Of a DNA stretch of 64,000 nt, positions 1 to 9,267 are shown one piece after another. Below the pieces are notes generated by a model. The model saw only the letters and a program-made list of their open reading frames with translations, searched no databases and was not told the origin of the DNA. The stretch is from an uncultured Acidobacteriota bacterium (lineage in GTDB: Bacteria; Acidobacteriota; Thermoanaerobaculia; Gp7-AA8): the NCBI GenBank assembly GCA_963822445.1, contig CAWGHO010000003.1, positions 1,056,001 through 1,120,000 on the forward strand. Direction: 5' to 3'. Positions within the stretch are counted from its first letter, which is position 1; every line of letters starts with the position of its first letter. The translations under genes were made by a program, and so were the position numbers.

Positions 1-70
1 GAGGGGGCGCTCCCCGGCTGCCGCGGTCGCCAGCATCAAAAGCGAAAGAAGGGCAGGGGTCACGGAGGGC

Positions 71-331
71 TCAGCCGCTGACGACGATCGTCATGCAGTA
101 AACGGGAGGCCCATCCTGGTAGCAATAGCAGAATCCGTAGCCGCAATCGATAGTGCAATCGAACCCGCCCATTTCACCATCGCTCGCTCGGGCGCAAAAA
201 ACTTCCGCTGTGTAAGTGTTCGGATCGTAGTACCCACCGCACGCCTCGCAAGACTCGCCACCAAACGTTGGCGCGGCGCTCACCATGAGCAATACCACCA
301 GGAAAAGGACACGCAAGCCGGCTTTTTTCAT
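71..331 (-). CDS. Small secreted cysteine-rich protein (86 aa)
   Basis: ATG at 331 with GGAGGAG SD upstream; signal peptide MKKAGLRVLFLVVLLMVSAAPTFG; 8 Cys in the ~62-aa mature part. Confidence 0.75.
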   Translation of the reverse strand: MKKAGLRVLFLVVLLMVSAAPTFGGESCEACGGYYDPNTYTAEVFCARASDGEMGGFDCTIDCGYGFCYCYQDGPPVYCMTIVVSG

Positions 332-424
332 TCGAACTCTCCTCCCTCTTCTTTGTGGAAGTAAGAAGGGTACGTCGCTCGAGTGATCCGCGTCCATTTT
401 GAGACGTACAATTCCCCCATCCCC

Positions 425-2707
425 ATGCCCCGCTCATCTCTTTTTGGCTGGTGGAAAGTCGCCGTCGTCGCGCTGACGATCGTGCTGCTTGCCGCGACAG
501 TGGTCGTCCGGCCAGTGACCGAGCTGAAGACGGCGCTTTTCTTTGCGGCGCTGGTGCTGATCGCGACCTTCCTCCGCATCGAAGGCGGCGACGCCTCGGT
601 CGGATTCGAAGCGGCGGTCGTGTTCGGCGCGCTGATCATCTTTCACAGCCCCTTCGTCGCATTGCTCGCCGTCTTCCTCGGATGCGCAGCGCATGGCGTC
701 TATCTCGCGGTCAAAGAAAAACGCCTCTCCATCGACCCGTTCTACAACGCCTCGCAGCTCGCGCTGTCGTACGCGATCGTCGGCCTGCTGTATTCAGTCG
801 CGGTTGCGGAAGACGCGAAACCGGCGGCGAAGATGGCCGGCTTCGTCCTGCTGCTCATCGGATACCTGGTCACGCATCTTCTATTCGTGTCGATCCGCCG
901 TTACTTCGAAGAAGACACGGCGCCGCTCGATTTCCGCCGCGTCCTGACCGTGCACGGCAAGACGCTGGTGCTGATCACGCCCGTGGTCGCGATCGAAGTC
1001 ATGTTGTACGCGACCTACGGTCCGGCCGGATTCGCGATCGCGTTTCTGCCGGTGCTCATCGTCGCATACACGATGCGCAGCGAGGTCGAGGCCGCGCAGC
1101 ACAACGTCGAACTGGTCCGGCGCAACAAAGACCTGGCCATCCTCACGGAGAGCTCGACGCAGATTCTCTCCGCCGAAACCGATCACGAGACGTTGCGGCG
1201 ATTGATGTCGCTCCTTTCCAAGCTCGCGCAGATGAAGGCGTGCGCGGTGGTCACGTGGGAAGCGAATCCCGAAGCGCCGGGAACGGTGTATCGCTTCGGC
1301 GAGTGCCTGCCCACCGATCAGGAAGTGTTGCGCTGGGTGGAGTCAGCCGGTTTCGCGCAGTCCGCGCCGAGCCGCGCCTTCGTGTTTCAGAGCGACATGC
1401 GCAAGTTCCCGCTCTCGGGCGGACGCGCCATTCAGGTGCTGATCGGCATTCAGACGCCCGAGGTCATTTACGGGATTCTGATTTTCGAGACGGAAGATCT
1501 TTCGATTCTCAAGGCGGGGAGTCTCAATCTGCTGACGCTTCTCGTGAACCAGACCGCGCTCTCGCTGCAGGATCAATTGCTGCGCCGCGAAATGCGGGAG
1601 AAGACGATCCAGCTCGAGAGTCACGCCGCGACGATGACCACGATTCTAGACGTGTCGAACAGCCTGATCGGCCAGTTCGACGTCGACGCGGCGCTCACGC
1701 GCATCGCCCAGGCCATCCGCAAGGCCCTTGGATTCGAAGCCGTGGTCTTCGCTCTGTACGAACCGCGTCGCGATGAATACGTCCGCCGCGCGCACGCCGG
1801 TCTCGATGACGTGTGGGAAGACGTGCGGCGCAAGCATGTGCCGACGTCGGAGATCACGGCGTTCTTCAATCCCGAGTTCCGCGCGTCGAACTCCTACTTT
1901 GTCTCGCACACATCGCTGCGCAAGAGCGAGCACGATTTCTTCGTGCGGCCGGATGAAGACGACAGCTTCCTGAAGCCCGACGAATGGCATGAGAATGACA
2001 TGCTGCTCGTTCCGCTGACGAGTCCTTTGTCCGGCAACGACCAGATGCTCGGCTATCTCTCCGTTCGCGATCCGCACGACCGCCGAATTCCGACGCTGGA
2101 GAAGGTGCAGACCCTGGAGATCTTTGCGACGCAGGCGGTCACCGCGCTGCAATCGGCGCGGCAGTACGAGGAGATCAAGCGGCTGACGTTCATCGACGCG
2201 CTGACGCCCGCGTACAACCACCGCTACTTCCAGGAAGCGCTGAACAAAGAGATCCATCGCCACTCGCGCACCGGCCACGAACTGGCGCTGGCGATGCTGG
2301 ACATCGACAACTTCAAGAAGATCAATGACACGTTCGGGCATCCCGTAGGCGACGAGATTCTGAAAGGTCTCGTCGAGGAGCTGATGCGCAACGCGCGCGA
2401 CAGCGATGTCGTCGCGAGATACGGCGGCGAGGAGTTCGCGATCATCTTCCCCGACACGGCGACCGCTTCCGCGCGCGATGCAGCGAACCGCATGCGCGAG
2501 ATCGTGGAGAAGCGCGAGTTCCCCATTCCCGGCGTGAATCGCACGCTGTTCATCACGGTGAGCATCGGCGTCGCCGTCTTTCCGCGCGAGGGAACGACCG
2601 CGGCGGACCTCATCTCCCGCGCCGACGCCGCGCTGTATCACGCGAAGAAGAACGGCAAGAATCAGGTGGCCATGGCCCACGAGATCACCGAAGCGGAAGC
2701 CATGTGA
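425..2707 (+). CDS. Membrane sensor diguanylate cyclase (multi-TM + two GAF-like domains + GGDEF)
   Basis: Hydrophobic N-terminus; GAF-like region; DIDNFKKINDTFGH and RDSD..ARYGGEEF (intact I-site and active site). Start at ATG 425 preferred over GTG 383. Confidence 0.92.
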   Translation: MPRSSLFGWWKVAVVALTIVLLAATVVVRPVTELKTALFFAALVLIATFLRIEGGDASVGFEAAVVFGALIIFHSPFVALLAVFLGCAAHGVYLAVKEKRLSIDPFYNASQLALSYAIVGLLYSVAVAEDAKPAAKMAGFVLLLIGYLVTHLLFVSIRRYFEEDTAPLDFRRVLTVHGKTLVLITPVVAIEVMLYATYGPAGFAIAFLPVLIVAYTMRSEVEAAQHNVELVRRNKDLAILTESSTQILSAETDHETLRRLMSLLSKLAQMKACAVVTWEANPEAPGTVYRFGECLPTDQEVLRWVESAGFAQSAPSRAFVFQSDMRKFPLSGGRAIQVLIGIQTPEVIYGILIFETEDLSILKAGSLNLLTLLVNQTALSLQDQLLRREMREKTIQLESHAATMTTILDVSNSLIGQFDVDAALTRIAQAIRKALGFEAVVFALYEPRRDEYVRRAHAGLDDVWEDVRRKHVPTSEITAFFNPEFRASNSYFVSHTSLRKSEHDFFVRPDEDDSFLKPDEWHENDMLLVPLTSPLSGNDQMLGYLSVRDPHDRRIPTLEKVQTLEIFATQAVTALQSARQYEEIKRLTFIDALTPAYNHRYFQEALNKEIHRHSRTGHELALAMLDIDNFKKINDTFGHPVGDEILKGLVEELMRNARDSDVVARYGGEEFAIIFPDTATASARDAANRMREIVEKREFPIPGVNRTLFITVSIGVAVFPREGTTAADLISRADAALYHAKKNGKNQVAMAHEITEAEAM

Positions 2708-2733
2708 CGTAGAGCAATGTAGAGTTGCCGCTC

Positions 2734-4017
2734 ATGACGCGCGCACTCATCGTCCTGCTCATCGCCGTCCCCGCTTTCGCTCAGACCCTCGAACAGCGCG
2801 TGCAGTCCGCACTGCCTTCGCTCGTCGAGACCTATCAGGGCCTGCACGCCGCGCCCGAGCTTTCGATGCAGGAGGTGAAGTCCTCCGCCTTCGTCGCCGG
2901 CCGCCTGCGCGACCTCGGCTACGAGGTGACTCACCCGTTCGGCAAGTACAACGATCCAGCGGTCACGTGCTACGGCGTCGTCGCGATCATGCGCAACGGC
3001 GCAGGGCCGACGGTTCTCGTGCGGAGCGACCTCGATGGATTGCCGGTGCCGGAACAGACCGGATTGCCTTACACGAGCAAGAACGCCGGAGTGATGCACG
3101 CCTGCGGGCACGACTTGCACATGACCATGCTCCTCGGCACGGCGAAGATGCTGGCCGATCTGAAATCGCAGTGGCGCGGAACGGTCATGCTCATCGGCCA
3201 GCCCGCCGAAGAAGTCGGGCAGGGCGCCGATGCCATGCTCGCCGGCGGGCTCTACGAGAAGATCGCCCGCCCCGATTTCGGCATCGCTCTGCATGACTGG
3301 GCGGCGCTCGAAACCGGGAAGATCGGGTATCGCCCCGGCCCGTTCATGGCCGCGGTCGACTCGATCAACCTCACCATTCGCGGCGTCGGCGGACATGGTG
3401 CCGCGCCGCACACGACAAAAGATCCGGTGGTCATGGCCGCGGAGACGATTCTCGCGCTGCAGACCGTGGTCAGCCGCGAGCGTTCACCGCTCGATCCAGT
3501 CGTGCTGACCGTGGGCAGAATCGACGGCGGCACGAAGCGCAACATCATTCCTGACGACGTGCGTCTCTATCTGACGGTGCGCACGTTCAGCCCCGAGGTG
3601 CGCAGTCGCGTGCTCGAGTCCATTCAGCGCGTGCCGAAAGGAATCGCGCTCGTGGCCGGTGTGCCCGAGGATCGCGGTCCGGTTTACGAGCATCTCGTCG
3701 CGGAGTCGGGCGCGGCTACGGTCAACGATCCCGCGCTCACCGAGCGCCTGTCGAAATCGATCGGGCGTGAGATCGGCGCGGCGAACGTAAAACACATCGA
3801 TCCGGCGATGGTCAGTGAGGACTTCGGACGATTCGGATTGAACGGTGCGATTCCGACGGTGCTTCTCGCGGTCGGCGCGGCCGACCCGGCGAAGCTGGCG
3901 GCGGGGACGCAGCCCGGGCTGCACTCGAGCAAGTACGCGCCGTTTCAGCCGGATGTGGCGATGGCGACGGGTGTGCGGGCGGCGACGGCGGCGGTGTTGG
4001 ACCTACTGAAGCGTTAG
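2734..4017 (+). CDS. M20 family amidohydrolase with signal peptide
   Basis: HAAPELS, RSDLDGLP, MHACGHD, QPAEE, GGHGAAP, SEDF and LHS motifs; signal peptide MTRALIVLLIAVPAFA. Confidence 0.92.
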   Translation: MTRALIVLLIAVPAFAQTLEQRVQSALPSLVETYQGLHAAPELSMQEVKSSAFVAGRLRDLGYEVTHPFGKYNDPAVTCYGVVAIMRNGAGPTVLVRSDLDGLPVPEQTGLPYTSKNAGVMHACGHDLHMTMLLGTAKMLADLKSQWRGTVMLIGQPAEEVGQGADAMLAGGLYEKIARPDFGIALHDWAALETGKIGYRPGPFMAAVDSINLTIRGVGGHGAAPHTTKDPVVMAAETILALQTVVSRERSPLDPVVLTVGRIDGGTKRNIIPDDVRLYLTVRTFSPEVRSRVLESIQRVPKGIALVAGVPEDRGPVYEHLVAESGAATVNDPALTERLSKSIGREIGAANVKHIDPAMVSEDFGRFGLNGAIPTVLLAVGAADPAKLAAGTQPGLHSSKYAPFQPDVAMATGVRAATAAVLDLLKR

Positions 4018-4019
4018 CT

Positions 4020-4105
4020 CTGGACTGCGGTGGCAAAGCCACCGCTCTCCACGCGGCGGCATCGCCGCCGCGAGCCAGAGCGGCAGCTCTGCTGCCGCAG
4101 TCCAG
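4020..4105. repeat. REP-like palindromic element (TGGAnTGCGG...CCGCAnTCCA family)
   Basis: Terminal inverted repeat CTGGACTGCGG/CCGCAGTCCAG with internal hairpins, between convergent genes; related copy at 28979-29038. Confidence 0.75.
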
Positions 4106-4112
4106 AAGCTAA

Positions 4113-4814
4113 TTACAACGTCCGCGTCGCCCCACCATCGACATCGAGAACCGCGCCCTGCGTGTAGCCCGGCGACGCGAGGAACGCGACCGCTCGCGCG
4201 ATCTCCTCCGGCTCCCCGAATCGCGCCACGCGGAACGCGGTGGGATCGAGATTTCCCCGCTTCTTCAGCCGTTCCGTGGCGATCGTCCCGGGATTGATGG
4301 CGTTTACGCGCACGCCATCCTGCACGCCGCGATCGGCCAGGACCTTGGTGAGATTCATCAGCGCCGCGTTCACCGCGCCTCCGATCGCGAACTCCGCGCT
4401 CCCGGTGCGCCCACCCACGCCGACGATGTTCACAATCGCGCCGCTCGAGGCGACGAGATGCGGCCAGGCCGCGCGGCAGCAACGCATGGCGCCGAAGAAC
4501 TTCAGCGCGAATCCGTCGGTCCAGGTCTCGTCGCTCAACGTCAGAAAGTCGCCGCGTTGCGTCGCGCCGGCGTTGTTCACCAGCAGATCGATGCGGCCGA
4601 AATGTTCCATCGCCCGCGCGATGAGCGACGCCGGTGCATCGGGCTCACGCAGATCCGTGGTGACGGCGATGGAATCGGGGAGCTCCGGACACGCCGATCG
4701 CGCGGCCAGCACCAGCTTCATCCCCTCGGCCGACAGCGTCTCCGCGATGGCCCGGCCGATGCCGCGGCTCGCGCCGGTGACGATCGCCACTTTTCCGGCG
4801 AGCTGCAGATCCAT
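4113..4814 (-). CDS. SDR family oxidoreductase
   Basis: MDLQLAGKVAIVTGASRGIG, NNAG, VNAINPG, VDGG; ATG overlaps the DinB stop (TGATG). Confidence 0.9.
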   Translation of the reverse strand: MDLQLAGKVAIVTGASRGIGRAIAETLSAEGMKLVLAARSACPELPDSIAVTTDLREPDAPASLIARAMEHFGRIDLLVNNAGATQRGDFLTLSDETWTDGFALKFFGAMRCCRAAWPHLVASSGAIVNIVGVGGRTGSAEFAIGGAVNAALMNLTKVLADRGVQDGVRVNAINPGTIATERLKKRGNLDPTAFRVARFGEPEEIARAVAFLASPGYTQGAVLDVDGGATRTL

Positions 4815-5269
4815 CAGCGACCTTCCAGCTCGCCGAGGAGCGTTTTGATCTCGGCCGCATGCGAGCGATCGTGCTCGACCATCATCTCCGCCACGTCGTG
4901 CAGCGAGACGTCGCCGACGCCGCGATGCGTTCCGCGCTTCTGCCAATCGTCCTGACTCGCCGCGCGCAGACGCGCCAGATTCGTATCGCGCGCTTCGACA
5001 AAACGTTGGAAGGCCGCGTCCGGATCCTGTTCGAGATAGTTGCGGGCGATTGCGATCGCCGCGCCGTCGAAGTCATCCCACGACGGTTGATCGTCGCCGA
5101 GGATGCGCTCGATGCGCTGGCCGTAACCCTCGCTCTCGAGATCGGCGAGATGGCAGAGATGCTCGACGATCGCGAACCCGCCGTCGCTGCCGCGAACGCG
5201 AAGCCGCGCGCCCGCCGCGGCAACCGCCTCCTTCAATGTCGATGGGAACGCCGCCAGGTCATCGATCAT
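4814..5269 (-). CDS. DinB/DinB_2 family protein
   Basis: EHLCHLADLE and HDRSH His motifs; helical 151 aa. Confidence 0.85.
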   Translation of the reverse strand: MIDDLAAFPSTLKEAVAAAGARLRVRGSDGGFAIVEHLCHLADLESEGYGQRIERILGDDQPSWDDFDGAAIAIARNYLEQDPDAAFQRFVEARDTNLARLRAASQDDWQKRGTHRGVGDVSLHDVAEMMVEHDRSHAAEIKTLLGELEGR

Positions 5270-5886
5270 GTCAGCCTCCAGAAATCACCGGTCAGTCCCA
5301 GGGATGCGAACAGCTCGCGAATTTCGTCGGGCGTCCGTCGCCGCCATTCCGGCAACCGGCGGTCGACGCCGAACCACGCCTGCGCCAGCTTCCATGCCGT
5401 GTCGAGTGACAGAGTTGCGCCGCGCGGTCCGTTCCATCGATCGAGATGCTCCTCCGACCGGAAGAGCAGCATGGCGCGTCATGTGAAAACGATGTCGGTC
5501 CACCACTCTCTTGCCGGCACGGAGAAATGCACGATGCCTTCGCCGGTCAGCGCGCCGTCGCGAATGCGCAGCTCGAGCGGCTCATCGCAGTCGGGGCACG
5601 ACGTCGCGATGGTGCTGTCGACTTTCAACATCGGCGAGATGCCCAGCGCATCCCAGATGCAGTTGGCGAAATACGAACGCTCGCCGGCACGCACGACGAA
5701 CGGCGTCGGCACGGCGGAAAACGGCGCGGCCATGAGGATCTCGCCATTCGCGTCGAGAACGATGATTCGCTGTTCCGCAAGGCGGCGGATGGCGTCGCGG
5801 TCCGCTGTCAGATCTGCGACGGCGGGAACGCGACCATTGCGAATCGTGAGGTCGTAGAGCTCGCGGCGGACGTCCGCGTCAGTCAT
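5266..5886 (-). CDS. MerB-like (organomercurial lyase fold) protein with in-frame UGA, probable selenoprotein (206 aa, Sec136)
   Basis: ORFs 5479-5886 and 5266-5472 share one frame, joined by TGA-CGC-GCC; motifs PFS..PT, NCIWD, SCPDC, VFT(U)RAMLLFRSEEH; SECIS-like hairpin follows. Confidence 0.82.
5448..5467 (-). promoter_or_regulatory. Putative bacterial SECIS element
   Basis: GCUCUUCC-GGUC-GGAGGAGC: 8-bp stem with one G:U pair; G-initiated loop starts 19 nt after the in-frame UGA at 5479-5481. Confidence 0.72.
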
Positions 5887-5889
5887 CCC

Positions 5890-7842
5890 TCAACGATACG
5901 ACAGGGCCCGCGTGCAGCGCAGCACTTCCGCGACGCTCCACGCCTGCGCCGCGCACCCTCGGGCCGTGAAAGGCTCCTCGGCATCGAACACCTCGCTGAT
6001 CGTGCCGATGCAGGCCTGGCCGAGGTGGGGCTCGAAGCCGGCCAGGAAGTGGCGGGCGCCTTCGAGATGATTCGGATGCAGCTTCACCCAGGCGTCGATG
6101 AACGGCCCGATCAGCCAGCCCCAGACCGTGCCCTGGTGATACGCGGCATCGCGCGCTCGCAGATCGCCGTCGTAGGCCGGCTTGTAATCGGGATGATTGC
6201 GAGCCAGCGAGCGCAGGCCGACCGGCGTCACCAGCTCACGTTCCACGGTCTCGATGACTGCGGCCCATCGCGAGCGATCGAGAACCGGATGATCGAGGGC
6301 AATGGAGAAGATCTGGTTCGGACGCAGCGCCGAATCATCGGGATCGAGGACGTCGTAAAGATGTTGACCTTCCTCGTACCAGAACCTGGCGTTGAATGAT
6401 TCGCGCACGCGATCGGCGAGCTCGCCCATCCGTTTCGAGACCGGATCGCCTTCCTCTTTCAGGAACGACTCGAGAATCCTCAGAGCGTTGTAGAAGAGCG
6501 CGTTGATCTCCACCGCCTTTCCGCGCCGTGGCGTGACCACCCAGCCGTCGACTTTCGCGTCCATCCAGGTGAGCTGATATCCGTCCGCCCCTTGCGCGAG
6601 CAGTCCGTCGTTTGGATCGACGTGGATGTTGAAGTGCGTGCCGCGCACGTGATGGTCGATGATCTCGATCATCTTCGGCAGCAGCTCGCGCATCGTGTCG
6701 CGGTCGTTCGTCCAGTCGACGTATCTCTTCACCGCGTGGAAGAACCACATCGTGGCATCGGCGGTGTGATAGAGCCCGCCGTGCTCGCCCTCCGGGAAGA
6801 GATTGGGAATCAGGCCGTCGCGGATGTACGACGCAAACGTGCGCAGGATGCTGCCGGCCTCGCGATGGCGCTTCGTGACCAGGGTCAGCCCCTCGAGGCT
6901 GATCATCGTGTCCCGGCCCCAGTCGGTGAACCAGTGATAGCCGGCGATGACGGTCCTTGGCGAATCGCCCGAGGCGGCGATGCGCGCTTCGTCGGCGGTG
7001 CGCGTGTGTGGGCGGATCAGGAACTGGTCCGCGGCGAGCACCAGCTGCGCGGAAAAATTGTCGTCCGCGGCGGCCACGGCCTTCTGCAGCATCTTCGTTC
7101 TGCGCGCGTGATCGGCCTCCAGCGCTTCGTCCGGGCCGAGGGCGTGAATCACGTCCCACTCCTCGACCGATGCGACGAGCGCCGCGGTTTGCCCGCGCGT
7201 CAGGTTCATGCGGATGATGCCCGGACTCCACAGCGGGCCGGCGTATTCGTAGCCGCGATCGCGCTCCAGGTGGTAGACGACCTGGTCGATGCGGCGGGGA
7301 TCTTCATCGAGCCGCGCGCCGTCGCCGATCAGCGCCAGTCGAAGCGGCGGGAACTGGTTCCGCTCGTCGATCTCGATGTTGGTTTCGTTGATGGTGACGC
7401 TGCAGCCGGGCGTGTCTTCGGTGAGAAGGCCTTCATGCGCGCGGAAGTTCACCGATGGGCGAAGGCTCAAGGGAATCGGCTCGCCGTCGACCAGGCGATA
7501 GAGGATGTAGGTCGAGTTCTGCCCGTACGGCATGATCACCCGCTTCTCGAAGCGCGATCCGCCCGCCGAATACCGCCAGACCGGCACACCGCATTCGAGC
7601 GCGAACTCTTCCAGCGTCAGGTCCTCCCCCTCGACGACCCACTCTTCGAGATGATTGAGCATCATCGTGCGGCCGAGGGGAGCGGGGAGGGCGGCGATGA
7701 GCTTTCCGTGAAAGCGGCGCGTGCATGCACCGCCGATGGTGCCCGACGCGTATCCGCCGAGTCCGTTCGTAACGAGCCATTCGCGCCGCAGCAGTTCCTC
7801 GGCAGGGTCGCCGCGTCGCCAACCAATCTGAATCGGATTCAT
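5890..7842 (-). CDS. Amylo-alpha-1,6-glucosidase / glycogen debranching enzyme (GDE_N + GDE_C)
   Basis: EWLVTNGLGGYASGT, IAGYHWFTDWGRDTMISL, TWMDAK, YHQGTVW, AQAWSVAE; start MNPIQIG at 7842. Confidence 0.93.
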   Translation of the reverse strand: MNPIQIGWRRGDPAEELLRREWLVTNGLGGYASGTIGGACTRRFHGKLIAALPAPLGRTMMLNHLEEWVVEGEDLTLEEFALECGVPVWRYSAGGSRFEKRVIMPYGQNSTYILYRLVDGEPIPLSLRPSVNFRAHEGLLTEDTPGCSVTINETNIEIDERNQFPPLRLALIGDGARLDEDPRRIDQVVYHLERDRGYEYAGPLWSPGIIRMNLTRGQTAALVASVEEWDVIHALGPDEALEADHARRTKMLQKAVAAADDNFSAQLVLAADQFLIRPHTRTADEARIAASGDSPRTVIAGYHWFTDWGRDTMISLEGLTLVTKRHREAGSILRTFASYIRDGLIPNLFPEGEHGGLYHTADATMWFFHAVKRYVDWTNDRDTMRELLPKMIEIIDHHVRGTHFNIHVDPNDGLLAQGADGYQLTWMDAKVDGWVVTPRRGKAVEINALFYNALRILESFLKEEGDPVSKRMGELADRVRESFNARFWYEEGQHLYDVLDPDDSALRPNQIFSIALDHPVLDRSRWAAVIETVERELVTPVGLRSLARNHPDYKPAYDGDLRARDAAYHQGTVWGWLIGPFIDAWVKLHPNHLEGARHFLAGFEPHLGQACIGTISEVFDAEEPFTARGCAAQAWSVAEVLRCTRALSYR

Positions 7843-7856
7843 CGCGCGGGCATTTG

Positions 7857-7872
7857 TGCGTATCGCGTGCCG
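7857..7872 (-). promoter_or_regulatory. Putative sigma54 -24/-12 promoter of the debranching enzyme operon
   Basis: CGGCACGCGATACGCA = GG-N10-GC just upstream of ATG 7842. Confidence 0.55.
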
Positions 7873-7930
7873 TCCATGGCGGGCAGATCCTTCGCGCACG
7901 ATCTGAGAAAGGAAGGCCCGCACGCGGCGA

Positions 7931-8548
7931 TCAAAGGTGCTGTTCGATATCTGGAGTAAAGATCCGCAAGATGTCACCGCGGCGGAGGCCGGCGTTCTTG
8001 TGGCCCATGTCTCTGCGGATCGCAAAGAACAGCTTCTCCATTTCGAAGACAAGCGCGTTCGGTTCACCGTCGTTCATGGAGAACTTCCACTTCGCGTACT
8101 GGAGCAGAACCTCGTCCGAACCCCAGACGATGACGCGCTGGGTGAAGCGGTTGAAGAAGTCGATCCCCTCGGCTTCCGTCGGGACCTTGTGAGGCATCGC
8201 CGCTCTGAACGCGTGGCTAAAAACAAACCGGAGGAGGTCCTCGTAGATCTCCGCCTTATTGCCGCGTTGTGCTTGCTCGATCTCACGCTTGCGGTCGAAA
8301 TACTTGGAGAGCAAAACGGAGACAATCGAAACGATGACTGCGACGAAGCCGGCGATGATCGCGGTAGCGACTTCTCGCTGAAGCGTGGAAAACCAACCGA
8401 GAACGAACCAGCCGGCCAGTATCACCGCACCCGCGATGACGATCAGGCTCGTCAATCCGAGCGCGATACTCCAGCGCACGGGAGTGACCGAGGAGCGGAC
8501 GGATTCAGGTTCTATCGTCACAGTACAGTGGCCGGCCAGTGTACTCAT
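7931..8548 (-). CDS. Hypothetical membrane protein (two N-terminal TM helices + helical domain)
   Basis: 205-aa ORF with two hydrophobic segments; visibly more AT-rich than its neighbours; flanked by a 13-bp direct repeat. Confidence 0.75.
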   Translation of the reverse strand: MSTLAGHCTVTIEPESVRSSVTPVRWSIALGLTSLIVIAGAVILAGWFVLGWFSTLQREVATAIIAGFVAVIVSIVSVLLSKYFDRKREIEQAQRGNKAEIYEDLLRFVFSHAFRAAMPHKVPTEAEGIDFFNRFTQRVIVWGSDEVLLQYAKWKFSMNDGEPNALVFEMEKLFFAIRRDMGHKNAGLRRGDILRIFTPDIEQHL

Positions 8549-8620
8549 CCAACTTCGAGTGAGGCGTGAAGGCAGGATGCATTGCCGTCGTAATTGCCGT
8601 GGTGGATCGTATCGCGTGCC

Positions 8621-8935
8621 TTACTTCTTCGCCCACCGCTTCATCGCCGTCTGCAGCGTGATTCCGCGCACGAACTCCTGCTTCACGTAGGTCCCTTTGT
8701 CGAAGCGGTAGACCGTTACGCCGGTCGGCTCTTCGACGAAGAATCGCGTGCCCGTGGCGGTCGCTCTGAACGTGACCTGACGCGCTCCGTCGCGGGAAAA
8801 CGAGCGGAGGAAAAGAGCGACGGAGTGGGGGACGACGTCCGGCGCGTTGGGCGGCGGCAAGGCCTTTTTCTTGGGCGATGCGGCGACCATAGTCAGGGCG
8901 AGAAGGATCACGGTGAGACCTGCCAGTCTGCGCAT
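8621..8935 (-). CDS. Hypothetical secreted protein (104 aa)
   Basis: Signal peptide MRRLAGLTVILLALTMVAA; TACAAT 6 nt before ATG. Confidence 0.75.
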   Translation of the reverse strand: MRRLAGLTVILLALTMVAASPKKKALPPPNAPDVVPHSVALFLRSFSRDGARQVTFRATATGTRFFVEEPTGVTVYRFDKGTYVKQEFVRGITLQTAMKRWAKK

Positions 8936-8951
8936 GCCGCGATTGTATCGA

Positions 8952-8967
8952 TGGCAGCTCATGTGCA
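8952..8967 (+). promoter_or_regulatory. Putative sigma54 -24/-12 promoter
   Basis: TGGCAGCTCATGTGCA = GG-N10-GC, 12 nt before ATG 8980. Confidence 0.55.
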
Positions 8968-8979
8968 CCTCCGACCCTC

Positions 8980-9267
8980 ATGCCGAAAGATCAGAAAGAG
9001 CCGCAGAGCTACGGAAGCGGACCCGATTGGGTGACCGGGAAAACCGGGCAGGAGGTCAACGATCAGGACTCTCCCGGTGTGGTGCAGGCCTCCGGCCTGC
9101 CTCCGGAAAACGCAGGCGGGACGCCTGCACCACACCAGGGCGACGAGGAAAGCGTCGCCCACCCCACGATCACCGCAACCGGTTCCCACGCTCCCGTGAC
9201 CGGTGTGACCGCGGCCGAGGGCGGAACGAAGACCGATGGGTACTTCCGGAAGCGCGACTACGAATAG
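8980..9267 (+). CDS. Small hydrophilic hypothetical protein
   Basis: 95 aa, low complexity, conserved-looking ends (SYGSGPDWVTGKTGQEVN and GYFRKRDYE); fills the intergenic gap. Confidence 0.65.
   Translation: MPKDQKEPQSYGSGPDWVTGKTGQEVNDQDSPGVVQASGLPPENAGGTPAPHQGDEESVAHPTITATGSHAPVTGVTAAEGGTKTDGYFRKRDYE
9076..9136. repeat. REP-like palindromic element inside a CDS
   Basis: Perfect 14-bp terminal IR GGTGTGGTGCAGGC/GCCTGCACCACACC, with a GCAGGC..GCCTGC hairpin in each arm. Confidence 0.75.

Noticed and set aside
5266-5886. MerB-like gene as a nonsense pseudogene, or as part of a mer operon
   Set aside because: The stop is UGA at a Cys-equivalent site with a SECIS-like hairpin and both halves are intact; no merR/A/T/P nearby. 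A pseudogene remains the fallback if sel genes are absent
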